DNA of 64,000 nucleotides from Orbicella franksi (Eukaryota): NCBI GenBank assembly GCA_964199315.1, contig OZ116698.1, positions 30,628,001 to 30,692,000 of the forward strand, read 5' to 3'. Shown piece by piece: positions 51,156 to 62,884 of this stretch (position 1 is its first letter; each line of letters starts with the position of its first letter). The notes under the pieces were generated by a model. It saw only the letters and a program-made list of their open reading frames with translations, ran no database searches and was not told where the DNA came from. The position numbers and the translations under genes were made by a program.

Positions 51156-52033
51156 ATGATGAAGGGAATTTGCCTTGTTTTCCTAACACCTACTCGTAAT
51201 TTCAGCGACATCTCTTCCTCGAGATGGTGAGTGCTATGTAACTGTTTTCTGATCGTGATTCCTTTTGCATTCTTTATGGAACTTCTCCGCGGTTTAGGAA
51301 GCGAGTAGAGATGAACGTGTTTGTAAGTAAGTAAACAAGTTAGTAAGTAAACACTTCTACCGAGGGTATCACCTAGTATAGTGTACAGTACTAATAACTA
51401 AACTTGTGGCCCTCGATCCAAAATACTATTTACTAACATATGGCTATAACATTAAAATGTACGTCACTCCGTCATGACGTCATTTCGTCAGTCAGTCAGT
51501 GCGTCAATAAATCAGTCAGTCAGTCAGTTAGTTAGTCAGTCAGTCAGTCTATCAGTCATTCAGTCATCCAGTCAGTCAGTTCGTAAGACCGACCGTCAGT
51601 CAGTTGGTCAGGCTGTCACTCACTCAATCAGTCCGTTGGTCAGTGAGTCAGCGAGTCAGTCAGTGAGTCGGTCAGTCAGTCAGCCCGCCTATCAGTTGGT
51701 CAGTTAGTCAGTCAGTCAGTCAGTCAGTCTGTCTGTCAGTCAGCATTCAGTCCATCAGTCAGTCAGTCAATCAGTCAGTAAGTCAGTCAATAGGTAAGAT
51801 GCAAATCCGCATTCCGTGATTTAGTCCAAGAATCTTGAGACGCATCATCCGTTTTCTTAAGTGAATTTTTTTCTTTCTTGCCAGAGAAATTTCATGCTCT
51901 TTTTAGAGATTTCGATCTCATTAAAGACGAGAGAAAACCTGCACCCAAGGTCTACGAAGACCCGGTTCCGGCCTGTGAAATGGAATGCATGAACCATAGC
52001 ACCTCAGACTGCAAGGCAAGATGCTGTAGGTGA
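51156..52033 (+). pseudogene. Small secreted Cys-rich prepropeptide gene (72 aa) with one +1 frameshift in this sequence
   Basis: Coding exons 51156-51226 and 51885-52033, with strong acceptors (tctttctttag, ttctttcttgccag) and donor gtgagt. Removing one base at ~51187-51190 gives MMKGICLVFLTLLVISATSLPRDEKFHALFRDFDLIKDERKPAPKVYEDPVPACEMECMNHSTSDCKARCCR*. A 3'UTR intron follows (52047-52309), then AATAAA at 52395 and 52407. Confidence 0.7.
51484..51792. repeat. Imperfect (TCAG)n microsatellite, ~300 bp
   Basis: Visible tetranucleotide array; it lies inside the intron of the Cys-rich peptide gene. Confidence 0.95.
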
Positions 52034-53089
52034 AGCACTTCTTCAAGTAAGTTTACATCTTAGCAACCAAGAAAACTGAGTCTGAGTACAAAAACGAAAA
52101 CTTTGAGTTTAAACGACTCGATTCAAATCAATAGTACTGATGCAAACTTTATAAAGACAATAACATCAAAATGTTTGATTTGACTTTGTAAAAGAGAATG
52201 CAAAAAAAGTGATTACTCGTCATTCAAAGTGCATTAAAGCATCATGAATAGCTAACATAAAATTTCGGTTGATGGAAAGTTTTTCATCATTCATATATAT
52301 CTTTTTCAGGTTTCTGCTGTCCAATAACCATTTCAAGTGCTGCTGAGCCTAGCCAAAAATTAAATTAGTCAGTCTTTGAGGGTTCCTTCTGTAGAATAAA
52401 CTTGAAAATAAAGATAGTTACTGTTCAAAACTTGTTTTGATCATGAAAGACAAAGGCATGTATGAAAAACAAATTGTACATACATACAGGCAGGCTAGGC
52501 AGCTATTTACCTGATCAAACCTGAGGATTTCTTTCCCTATTTAGACTGCTTCATTTTTTTCAATTTAAGCACTGTAAGAGGGCAAAGCGTTGGTAAGGTC
52601 CGTGGCAGGTGGGGATTTGGATAATTTACATACTATAATGTGACTGAAAAAGAGCCAGACCAACTCCTTGTATTCGTGCAAAGAGATCCCTAACATTATC
52701 ACTCCCTCCCTTTCAGGTACTTTTAGCCATCCTGTTCTCGTAGTTTATGAATATTTCCTCTGCCCCATATCCGAGTCACCTGACTGAAGATCGCGACAAG
52801 AGGTTTTTCTCGTGGATCCAGTCTAAATTGCCACTTTATGGCTTCATTGTCGTATGGCTGTATGATAGCTTTAAAGACTTCCTATCTAGTCTGAATCAGA
52901 GCGCACGAGTTTGTCGGCCAACAGCCGTTAATTAAACTTCTTTAAACATCTTTTGAAGAAAAAAACACCACACTATGAAATTTTATTGCTGGTGAAACTG
53001 ATTCAGGCTTAGTTGATTGCTCAAGTAAAATATTTTCCTTCCATTGAAAAACAAATGGTCAGTTTTATAAACATTCCAGTACAGTTCAG

Positions 53090-54334
53090 TATAGGTTTTT
53101 TTTACGGACAATATATCGAACGTGGATACATCAATGTTTTGTTCAATTACGTTATTGTTATGCGTTATAATACAAGTTGTAAAATAAAATAAATTAATTT
53201 CGTCCTAGATACATTGATTTTGGATGTCAGACATCGCTGTTGTGCAGCATACACGCTTTCCTGACTCGTTCATGCGTGACCTTATGTAACTAAAAGATGT
53301 GCGATAAAACTTGATAAAACTAACAGATGAGGAAGCAGAAATAGAAATGACAGGAAGTCAGATAAACGAAGAGGCCCTGGGAATTAACACTTTCAATATG
53401 GCGGAAATAGAGGCAGATGATTAGTGACTTTGAAAAGCACTATGCAAGGTGCACGGATTTGGCTACCCAACATCGAAGGATATTTTATGTCTTTGGGAAG
53501 GCTACTGGAAAGTGCAGAAGGACAAAGGAACACTGCGTCCTACGACACTGCTGAATTTTTTAGTCGCCGTTTACGAGAAAACGAGAGAACTCTTGTCACT
53601 TTGACTCTAAGAATAGAAGAAGCCCTCCCAAATGAAGTTGAGTTGATCTCTGATCTAAACGAACTTGTTTTTATTATGAACAAACTTTCAAGGGACTTTA
53701 ACAGAATTGTCGAGGACTCGAAACGTTCTACAATTACTGCACCATCGTCCCTAAACGATCGTCTTTCAGCTGTGGCGAGGAACGGTTTAGTTGGCAGACA
53801 AGGCTACAGATCTTACAAGAAGAGCTGCAAACTCTGCATAATGACGCTATTTTCGTCGAACTCCGCTCTGCTACTGTTCTCCGCCCTATTTGGGTTTCCC
53901 GATTGCGTCTGCAAATTAGTTACGGCATGTTGCGAACAAAATCTTGGACAGATCTAGATCTAGTGTTGTTCTCCGAGCTACTCTCCCGGTCCGCCATGTT
54001 TGATAGAGTGAACAACGCTGCACGAAAAGCGCGAGAAAACTGCAGTCATAACTTTATCACTTCCGGTTTCCCAAGCTATTTCCGCTTCCTCATCTTTTAG
54101 TTTTATCAAGTTTTATCGCACATCTTTTAGTTAAGGTCACGCATGAATGAGTCAGGAAAGCGATGTATGCTGCACAACATCGATGTATGACATCCAAAAT
54201 CAATGTATCCCGGACGAAATTGATATACGTGTATTTTATTTTACAACTTGTATCATAACGCATAACAATAGCGTAATTGAACAAAACATTGATGTATTCA
54301 CATTCGATATTTTGTCCGTAAAAAAAAACCCATA
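53090..54334 (+). mobile_element. Non-autonomous DNA transposon, IS3EU-like, 1245 bp
   Basis: ~250-bp terminal inverted repeats (53090-~53345 and ~54080-54334), termini TAT...ATA, perfect 6-bp TSD GTTCAG (53084-53089 and 54335-54340). Internal remnant ORF at 53424-53957. Confidence 0.8.
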
Positions 54335-54957
54335 GTTCAGCTCAATGTGCGATTTCAGCTTAATATGCTAATTAGTCTGATTAGTCTTGTCAGAGCGAGG
54401 ATGCACACAAACATGAAATCACGGTCCGCAGAAATGTGTAAACATCCAGTTGACAAATTGACGTCAGTTTTTCATACGTCTGTCCTGTAGTTGACAATGA
54501 ATTTCGTCATAACATTGTCAAGTAGCTGTGGATAGAAAAGATATATAGATAGAGAAGCCACACCAGCGTGATTTAGTGCGGCCTTGAAGGCGAAGGATGA
54601 CTTAAACGGAATTTCGTTATTCGCATTTTTCTTCAGAAGCAAAAAGATCTTTAACCGAAAACATTGTTCAGCACGGTTATTTGTGTTATAACCCGACTTA
54701 TTTAAAACTCAAATATGAGCTAAATCGATATTTTTTTTTATTTTTACGGAAAGGCAGATAAAACAAAAGCCCTGAGGCTCTTTCAAACGTCGAATACTAT
54801 GTACTGTAATTTAGTAATATTGAAAGACCCTGAAAGACACCCTTTCATTAGAGGACTAATGGAAATTATCCAGAGCTAATTAAACAGAACTGTTCTTTAT
54901 GGCGTCATAGGCACGTATGGTTGAAGAGAATGCGCCTTAGCGCGCGGCTCTCAGGTC

Positions 54958-57900
54958 ATGCTTTGGCTTGCTCTTGTCTCGATTCTGATTGGTTGCATTA
55001 TGGTACCTATCATTTTCATCATTCTCGAATTCTCGCGGAGACCTTTAGAGAGTAGGGAAAGTGATGGCATTCAAAGTGAACTAGATCAAAGCGCTTTGCT
55101 ACGGAGCCACGGGTATGAGATCGGAGAGAAAATAGGCGAAGGGACCTATGCCTACGTGAGAAAAGCTTTCTTTATCGCCAACAAAAAAGAAGTTGCCGTC
55201 AAAATTGTCAACAAAAGAGAGGTAAAAACTATAATAGTGACAAAGGTTTGATTCAGTTCAGTTTTCAGCTTCAGTTTTAATTATTCCCTCGTATCTGTCG
55301 CTGGACTCAGTAAACAATGATCTAAAAATATGTAACACATGCACTGCCACGTTTGCATTCGATTCTATGAATGCTTTTTGATTTCACGAGGTGCTTACTA
55401 AGTCACAATTTTGCGTACACAGGACTTTCTATTCTCCTTTTTAAGAGCAGGCGATTTTAGGCCCGGTTCAAACGTCGAAGTTTTCATTAGCCGAACCTAA
55501 TAGCCCAGTGTTCCGTATTTGAAAGCGTAAGAGTGTAGCGGGTTGGAAAGCAGGCAGTCCGGTGGCGCAGTGCGAGTCATGTTTTTGAGAGAAAATAACA
55601 AAATTAATGAATCTTGAAGAAACCGACGAAAGGAACGAATTGAACTGGACGAGCCTCGTCACAGTTGAACTGTGATGTTCCTTTGGGAATAAGCAATAAT
55701 AGAAAGCCAACCAAATTTAAAAATCGTCTTCGGTTGTCAAAGGCTACTAAAGGCTAACTGCATCTGGTGTCGCCTTCTTCGACTTGTGCTACCCTCCTTG
55801 ATCGCATTTACAAGAAAAGCAAGCTCTTCATTTCCACAATTCGTCTTTCCCACATTGTTTCTGCCATTTTGGTCAGCAATAACCGCCGTTTGCATTAGTG
55901 TCTCTTTTATATTTGCAATTAAGTTCGACTAAATAAGGTTCGACGTTTGAATCAACTGCCGAACTTAATTATTTGGGTCCACCCAAATTGGTATTAGGTT
56001 CGGCACATGTAAAGTTCGACGTTTGAACCGGGCCTTCCTGATTAACGTTTTGGTCGAAACAGAATCTCCATGACCTTGGCGAAAGGAGTTGGTGTTTCCC
56101 GAGTGCGCGTAAACCAGCAACTGACATGCTTTACATCATGACAGACAGAGCATGCGCAGAGAAACATTATAATATTCTCGCCATTCCATATTTGGTCTGA
56201 AATGTTGATTATTTTAGACAAATATCTGAAAGAAAAATGTCGCAAAATTAAGACGCTATTTCACTTCGCTTCACCTTACTAAACAAACTACAGAACGAAC
56301 GGCTTTTACCAAGAGATTATGTTCTCTTGTTTTTACTAAAAGAACTTCTTTTAGCTGAACCGTTGGCCCCCTTTTCAGTGCTTTCAGTGATCCCAGCCAC
56401 TAGTTCTCGATATATTTAATGGCTGGCTGATATATAACGCGTCCTCTGATTGGTACAGCAATTTTTGCGAAGACACGTAAACTCGACTATGACTCGTCAC
56501 GACCCAATTATAAGCTAACTTCGAGAGGGAAAAGGCCACGCGAAGATGAACTAGGCCTAAGTTATGGAATCTTATACCAAGGGATATTAGAAAAACATTC
56601 GCAAACTTGACTTGGATATATTTGACTGATAGTTATGGTAGTAATTGCACTTTTTGATCTTCTTGATGTCTTTTATGTACTTTTATCTTATATATCTTCT
56701 GAATTTTGAATTTATTTATATTTTTATATCGTAAATATTTTTTATTAGCTGTTTTAAAACATATATTAATTTCTTGTTATTTTAATTTTTTATGTTAAAG
56801 TGTCCCCATTTACTGGTTTTATTGTTGTTATTTAATTTTAGCCTGACACTTGAATAAACTTACTTACTTACTGACTTACTTACTTAACTGGATTTCCCTC
56901 CATTCTAGTATATTAACATTCGAGATTCGAAAATACATTCCAACCTTTCCAAATCGCTGGGAACATTAAGGGCACACAGACAGCTTAGTATCCCTACTTT
57001 AAAGATAGACACTATATAAATTCTAGTTTCTCTGGGACCGAATGAACTATACGTAGGGTGAGGCTATGAAACTTCAGAAACTTTGTCAGCTGTCCGGACT
57101 TAAATAAACTTCTAATTCACCAACTCGTCCCGTCTTGTTATCGTCTTGTTCTTGTTTATCAGACTATGTGCAGCTGTCGTTGCGCCATTAAGGAGCATCA
57201 GTAAAAAACAAGAGAGTAAAAAAAGTCTAGAGAGTTATTACTCCTTAGAGCGGTTTTCAATTTAGTGTCGTAAAACCAAAACCAAAACCGATTACTTACC
57301 AATTACACTTCTCAGCTAATCTCAAACTGTAGTAAAACCAAAACCAAAACCAAAGTAATAGTCTAATTACTTTTGACACTCAACTGAAAACCGCTCTATA
57401 AGCCTTAATTATTCCTAAGCTAATCACTCACGTTATTTTTAGACTGATAGTATCCAGCAAAATCTGCGTCACAGAGTCAGCTGTTCCTAGACCCACCTTG
57501 GATGTCTAAGCCCGGGAGACGGATAACTTAGCAAATAAGGCTTATAGCGGGATTAGCTTTCTCGCCCTGCCTGCGGAAGATTAATTCTATTGCTGTTCTT
57601 ATTGTTAACCTTTGCCGGATGCAAGTGTTTCAGGTCATTTACAAAGTGTTTTCTTGCTAGGCCGTTATACGACAATGCTTACCATGAAGCTGTTATTTTT
57701 TTTTATTTCTTAAAGAGCGGAAAAGGGATAAATGACAGATTCCTAAAGAGAGAAGTAGAAATTCTGAGATGGCTGAACCACGATAATGTGATCCGAGTTT
57801 ACGACCTGATTGAAGGAGCTGATCATTTCTTCATTGTCATGGAATTGGCTCCAAAAGGTGATCTTCTTTCTTTGTTACGAGAGCGATCCAAACTGGGAGA

Positions 57901-60900
57901 GGACGAGGCCAGAGTTATGTTCAAATCGATCGTAGACGGTGTTCTTTACTGCCACAGAAAGGGTGCGTACATGTATTAAAAAACTAACTCAAATACATAC
58001 TTATTAAAGCGGAATGTAAATGGCTGTTGTCTGACGAGCTAATCATAATAAGAAACTCGTTCATAGCTACTGTCAGGAAAAATGGGGAGCTTAAGAAAAC
58101 CACAACGGCAACGGCAACGGGAACGTCGCTAAAGGCTGGTTTTCACTAGAGCATAAGCACAAGCACCGTCATAAGCATAAGCACAAGTGAAAATAGCCGC
58201 GACATAAACATAAGCATAAGCAGAAACATAAGAAGACCGAACCCACTTATTTGCCTTGTGCAGTTTTCACTAGTAACGCGCTCAACATAAGCATAAGCAT
58301 AAGCACAAGAAAAACGGACAGTTCCGTTTTTCTTCTGATGATGAGCAGAACAGTAGCTGTGCAGGTGCGTTATCATAATTCTTGGTACATTTCTTTTTCG
58401 TCCTCTGCAAAACAACATCGTAAAATGGCCAGATTCTGCGTTGTCTGGAGAACGTGAACCCCGACTGTTAATTTTTAAAATTTCTATTTTGAATTTTACG
58501 CTGTGTTCCATATTCAGTTTTGAGATCGTAACTACTAGTACGATAAAACTAAATAATTGGAAGCCCTACACGAACACACTACACTTTGTGATTCTCTGTA
58601 ATAGCACCCTATTCTCTAAAATATCTCATATTTTCACCTTATACTATCGATCACTGACCTTTTGAGTTGAAAATGTTAGTAGTTCTTTCATTTTTTCATG
58701 ATAATTCAGTTTTATCCTAATTACAAGTATAACTTGTAAGCCACACATGCACGCACTGCGGACCTATTTTTGTTATTCGTTTAGGGAAAAAACACTGGGA
58801 TTTGTGCCCCGTGTCCATTTTGAGCAAAAAATGTGGCCGAAAACTAGAGTGCGATCTGAGCGTTTCCGACAACGCAAAACTTAAAAAATTAAAAATATGC
58901 CATTTTCGAGCCCCGAGCAGGGATAAAAGCTTGGATTTGGAGCGCTGAAATCAACCAAGTCCAGCCATCCACTAAACAAGTTCTAGGTGTTTTAAAATGA
59001 GCAATGTTCAAATGCAGCCTGTAGAAATGAACTTGCGCGGTTGCCTTTAAAAGAAATAACCGACTTAAGTGCGTTAAGAAATTTTGGATTCACCTAGAAA
59101 ACCAATCAGAAGACTGTATTGCAAAACAATGTTTACAAATGTCAAAGAACCTGGTTGACAAAAACAAGAAAAGCATTATGCTAAAAGTAACCGACCTCTG
59201 TAAAAATCAAATCTAAACATATGAAACTTAACTGAAAATAGCCTAAATTTCAGCCGCCTCCTCCGCTCGCTAAGTCACTCTCCCCGAGTGACTTAGCGAG
59301 CGGAGGAGGCGGCTGAAATTCAGGCTAAACTGAAAGTGACTCCCTGTTATTTATTTCTCAAGTTCGACAAAAAGTTCAACAAAAAAATGACTCAACAACA
59401 ATTGAACTTGAAAAAACATAACAAGAATTTAATTTTTTTACTCGATGTTCAAAACTGATCGTCATAAAGCTGATTTTTTGAATACAATAAAAAACACCTC
59501 ACGTAAAAAAGCGGTAAATAAATATCGCCTCGGAAATCATCGATTACGGATTGAAACTGGTAGACATACAGTTCCCAAAACCTCAGAAAATCTTATAATT
59601 TGTCCTTTCTGTCATTTGAATGAAGTTGAAAATGAATTGCATTTTGTACTTTCCTGTCACTTTTACGACAATTTACGCTTGAAATCATAAGAAGACATAA
59701 ATAGAAAATACTATTATTTTGATGTTTTAGATGGTGGATCAAAAATTATTTTTATTTTCAATAATGTTGACCCCTATATCTGTAGACTTTCTGCCTACAT
59801 CCATTCATGCATGGATTACAGGAAGAATACTGTTACTGTAATTTAGTTGCATTATTTTAGTTGTATTATATTTTAGGTAATACCATGTACTTATATGGGA
59901 ACACTGAAATAAATTGTTGTTGTTGTTGTTGGATCTAAATAAATGCGAAATTCCAAAGTAAAATATATACACACTTTTTAATAGGCCTCGTCCTCGCCGT
60001 CGTCGTCGTATACGCAAGCTGCCCACCATTTAATTTCCAAAAAGCTACCGTTCCCTCGCGAATCCTGACGTTATTTTCTAAAATATATATTTACATGTCG
60101 AAAATCAATTAATACTCATTGATAATCAAAGGGTAATATATAAAATATAAAATAATTAGTACATGCATGGTGTGAGGTGTGTGGAACATTGATTTATTTT
60201 TATCGACACTTCACAGACCTGCACTGTGGTCTACACATAATGTCACAAGCTTTAATGTCAACATCACATTTCTTCAGAAAGCGAAGAACCCTCAAAACAG
60301 TGGCATTTATGCTCATCCACATTAACTTTACAAGAAACCTGGAAACTGAGAATTATTGTTTTTGAATTAAAATCTGAATCTGAGTCTTGTATATTTTCTC
60401 TTCAGGAGTGACTCACCGAGATCTCAAACTTGAAAACATTCTACTTTCTGAGGACAACCAGCCTATTGTAACAGACTTCGGCTTCGCTCGTTACATAGGC
60501 CACAGAGAGGATCAAAGAGCGCGAAGTAGAACGTTTTGTGGTTCATACGCGTACGTGGCACCTGAGATACTTCAAGGTAATGATAAAAACAGATTCTCCT
60601 AACTGACCTTTTTATAACTGTTGTAGTACTATATGGAGAATTCAGTACACCGACACAATGTCATTTTGGTGGAGATACTAGCTGTAATCAGACTACAGCC
60701 TTTTGCTCTCTGGAAGCGTAATTTGATGACAAGCCACCTGTGGGAAACTTTATTTTGCCCGTGTGACCGATTTTTCCAAAATAAATTACTACGGGGAGAC
60801 ATAGTCGTCACTTGCAACCAGAGGAATGTACCTCGCAAGTAACGACATAACCGCCGGTTTTGATTAAAACAAACTGATATGTTTCGAATCGGATCACTTA

Positions 60901-61934
60901 TTTAAAGCAGATTACGGGAAAGTCTTGAAAACTGAGAGTTTTTGGAAACATCTGTAAGTTTGAATCAGAACAGGTGGTTGTAAACAGTTTAGCCCACTCG
61001 AAAATCTTCCGATACTTCGTTATGTTCGTAACTGTACAAGGATCTTTAGTAAGACAGATTTTGGTGACTGATGTCAGTAGCAATCTTACGAATACTGTTA
61101 AGGGTTCACTAAAGAATGAGCTTGCTGATCTGACTGGGCAGCTTTCTTACGGTTTGGCCGTTCTTCTAACCCAAAAGTGACTCATTAGCTGTTGACAACT
61201 GTGAGTCCTGTTTCGTTGGGTCAATTGGAGGTCATATAACGTTACATAATGAAAGAAGTCCTGAAGAAAGAGTGGAAACTTTCAGACCAAAATACTAGTA
61301 CAAGTATCACGCCCGCGCAAGATCATCACATGTTATTATAATCTTGTTCCAAGAGCCTACACTGCACGGGCCACAAATCGGAGCGAGGGCTCTGGGAACT
61401 AGATATTTTAAAGCCGTTTTGGTGCTCATACGTATCTCAATGTGAAGGTTCCATTGAATGCATCGATACAGTAAAATCTTGAACGGCAAATGCCACTCGT
61501 TGTAGTATAACAGCTCTCTCTTCGTATCTCGTGTTAGGTATTCCATACGATGGCTTGGCTAGTGATGTGTGGAGTCTCGGTGTAGTTCTGTATACCATAG
61601 TGTGTGGCCGTTTCCCGTTTGATGACTCTAATCCTAAACAGCTTTTGGAGGAAACAACCTCTGGTAAACTGGAATATCCCATCACGGCTTCTACACTCTC
61701 CGCTCAGGTAACACAGCTTAAAATTGGTGCCAATTTTCTTCACACCTAATGGATTACATGTAATATTATTTTCTCCAGACTGTCCGCGCTCATGCTGTTT
61801 GTTTTTCTTTTCTTTCACAGATAAAAGACCTGATAAAGAAAATGCTGACAGCTAGTGTTAGAGAAAGAATCAGTCTTTCTGAAGCACTGGAGCATCCCTG
61901 GTTAAAAGATTTCGAAACCACATGCTTCACGTAA
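54958..61934 (+). CDS. TSSK: Testis-specific serine/threonine kinase-like (CAMK group), 5 exons, 321 aa, with N-terminal hydrophobic segment
   Basis: Exons 54958-55221, 57716-57962, 60406-60576, 61538-61707, 61821-61934 (966 nt, phases match). Intact motifs: GY.[53 protein letters not shown] (TSSK signature), SDVWSLGVVLY, HPW. Confidence 0.9.
55459..56035. mobile_element. MITE in TSSK intron 1, PIF/Harbinger-like ends
   Basis: ~45-bp TIRs AGGCCCGGTTCAAACGTCGAA.../...TTCGACGTTTGAACCGGGCCT. Confidence 0.75.
56580..56886 (+). mobile_element. LINE-type 3' end with (CTTA)n tail
   Basis: T-rich UTR-like sequence, AATAAA at 56853, then (CTTA)n. Confidence 0.5.
57246..57398. mobile_element. MITE
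   Basis: TIR TAGAGCGGTTTTCA / TGAAAACCGCTCTA with internal AAACCA repeats. A related copy lies at ~29095-29332. Confidence 0.7.
58085..58470. repeat. Nested interspersed repeats: GGGAGCTTAAG..ACGGCAACGG element with an (AGCATA)n-rich insert
   Basis: AGCATA/AGCACA hexamer runs at 58148-58290. A related reverse-oriented end lies at ~59990-60030. Confidence 0.6.
58960..59930 (+). mobile_element. 3' fragment of a non-LTR retrotransposon (LINE)
   Basis: Remnant ORF YRLGNHRLRIETGR...ICPFCHLNEVENELHFVLSCHFYDNLR (C-terminal CCHC motif downstream of RT), then AATAAA at 59908 and a (GTT)n tail. Confidence 0.8.
59239..59327. repeat. Near-perfect 89-bp hairpin inserted in the LINE fragment
   Basis: TAGCCTAAATTTCAGCCGCCTCCTCCGCTCGCTAAGTCACTC-TCCCC-GAGTGACTTAGCGAGCGGAGGAGGCGGCTGAAATTCAGGCTA. 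Confidence 0.9.
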
Positions 61935-62884
61935 CATCCAGCTCCTGTAACTTATTCGTTTTTCCTCTTGTTGTCATATATTGTTCTTTTGAAGTACAGT
62001 AATTGATTTGTATTAAGAGGCGATCAGAGAAAATTTATCACAGAAAGAGAAATACCAGTTGACAGGTATCTTTTCCGGCAAGTAACTGCCGTTTTGTTCT
62101 AGATGTTGGCCGCTGTTTAATAATCATCAGTCATTGCGGCAGGTTATGGCGAACCACATTGAAACAGAAAAAGGATCTTCTTGATTGTATTTTGTTTCCA
62201 GTTTCCATACTGAGGTAGCAAGCATGCACACGTAGTGCGTACTGATTTCCCGCTGAATGCATTTATAGAACTACCGTTGCCCAGTTGATTCAACTGCTGG
62301 AGTTAGTTCAAAATATGTATTGAAGGAGACAATAAAAAGCTATTAAAAGCGAGTTAAATTCTGCTCTCATACTTCGAGAAATATAATTCATTTTAAGACC
62401 GTACCTTTCAAAGGTATCACTTTTTTTGTTCTTAGTGTTTGTGCAATAAAGTATTTGGCCGAGTTTGATAATTTGTTTGCGTTTCATCAACTCAGTGTCA
62501 TCTGTAGGAGGGTCCAACAAATGTTTTTTCAATCCCGCATCCCGCCACTATTTTTGGCTCGATCCCACCATCCCGCCCCGCCAATCCCGCCCGATTAGAG
62601 TCGCAGTTCTCCGCGAAACATATCAAACATCCGCATCCTGTTGTCAATTTTAAAACCATCCCGCATGACGACTTCAATAAACGTGTCTACGCATTAGGTT
62701 TGTCAAGAGGAGCATCAGAGGGTGAAGTGGCCATATATACTATATACAAATTGTCACAAACAGGAAAAACGAGCCGAATTCATTACAAGAAAGAACACAG
62801 GAAGACGACACGCAATCGTTTAATTTCTTCTAATACGAAAGATATCGCTCAGAACCGGCATTCTTATACATTTGCTGTTTTACA

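Noticed and set aside
51474-51707. 77-aa Ser/Gln/Val-rich ORF
   Set aside because: It is a translation of the (TCAG)n microsatellite.
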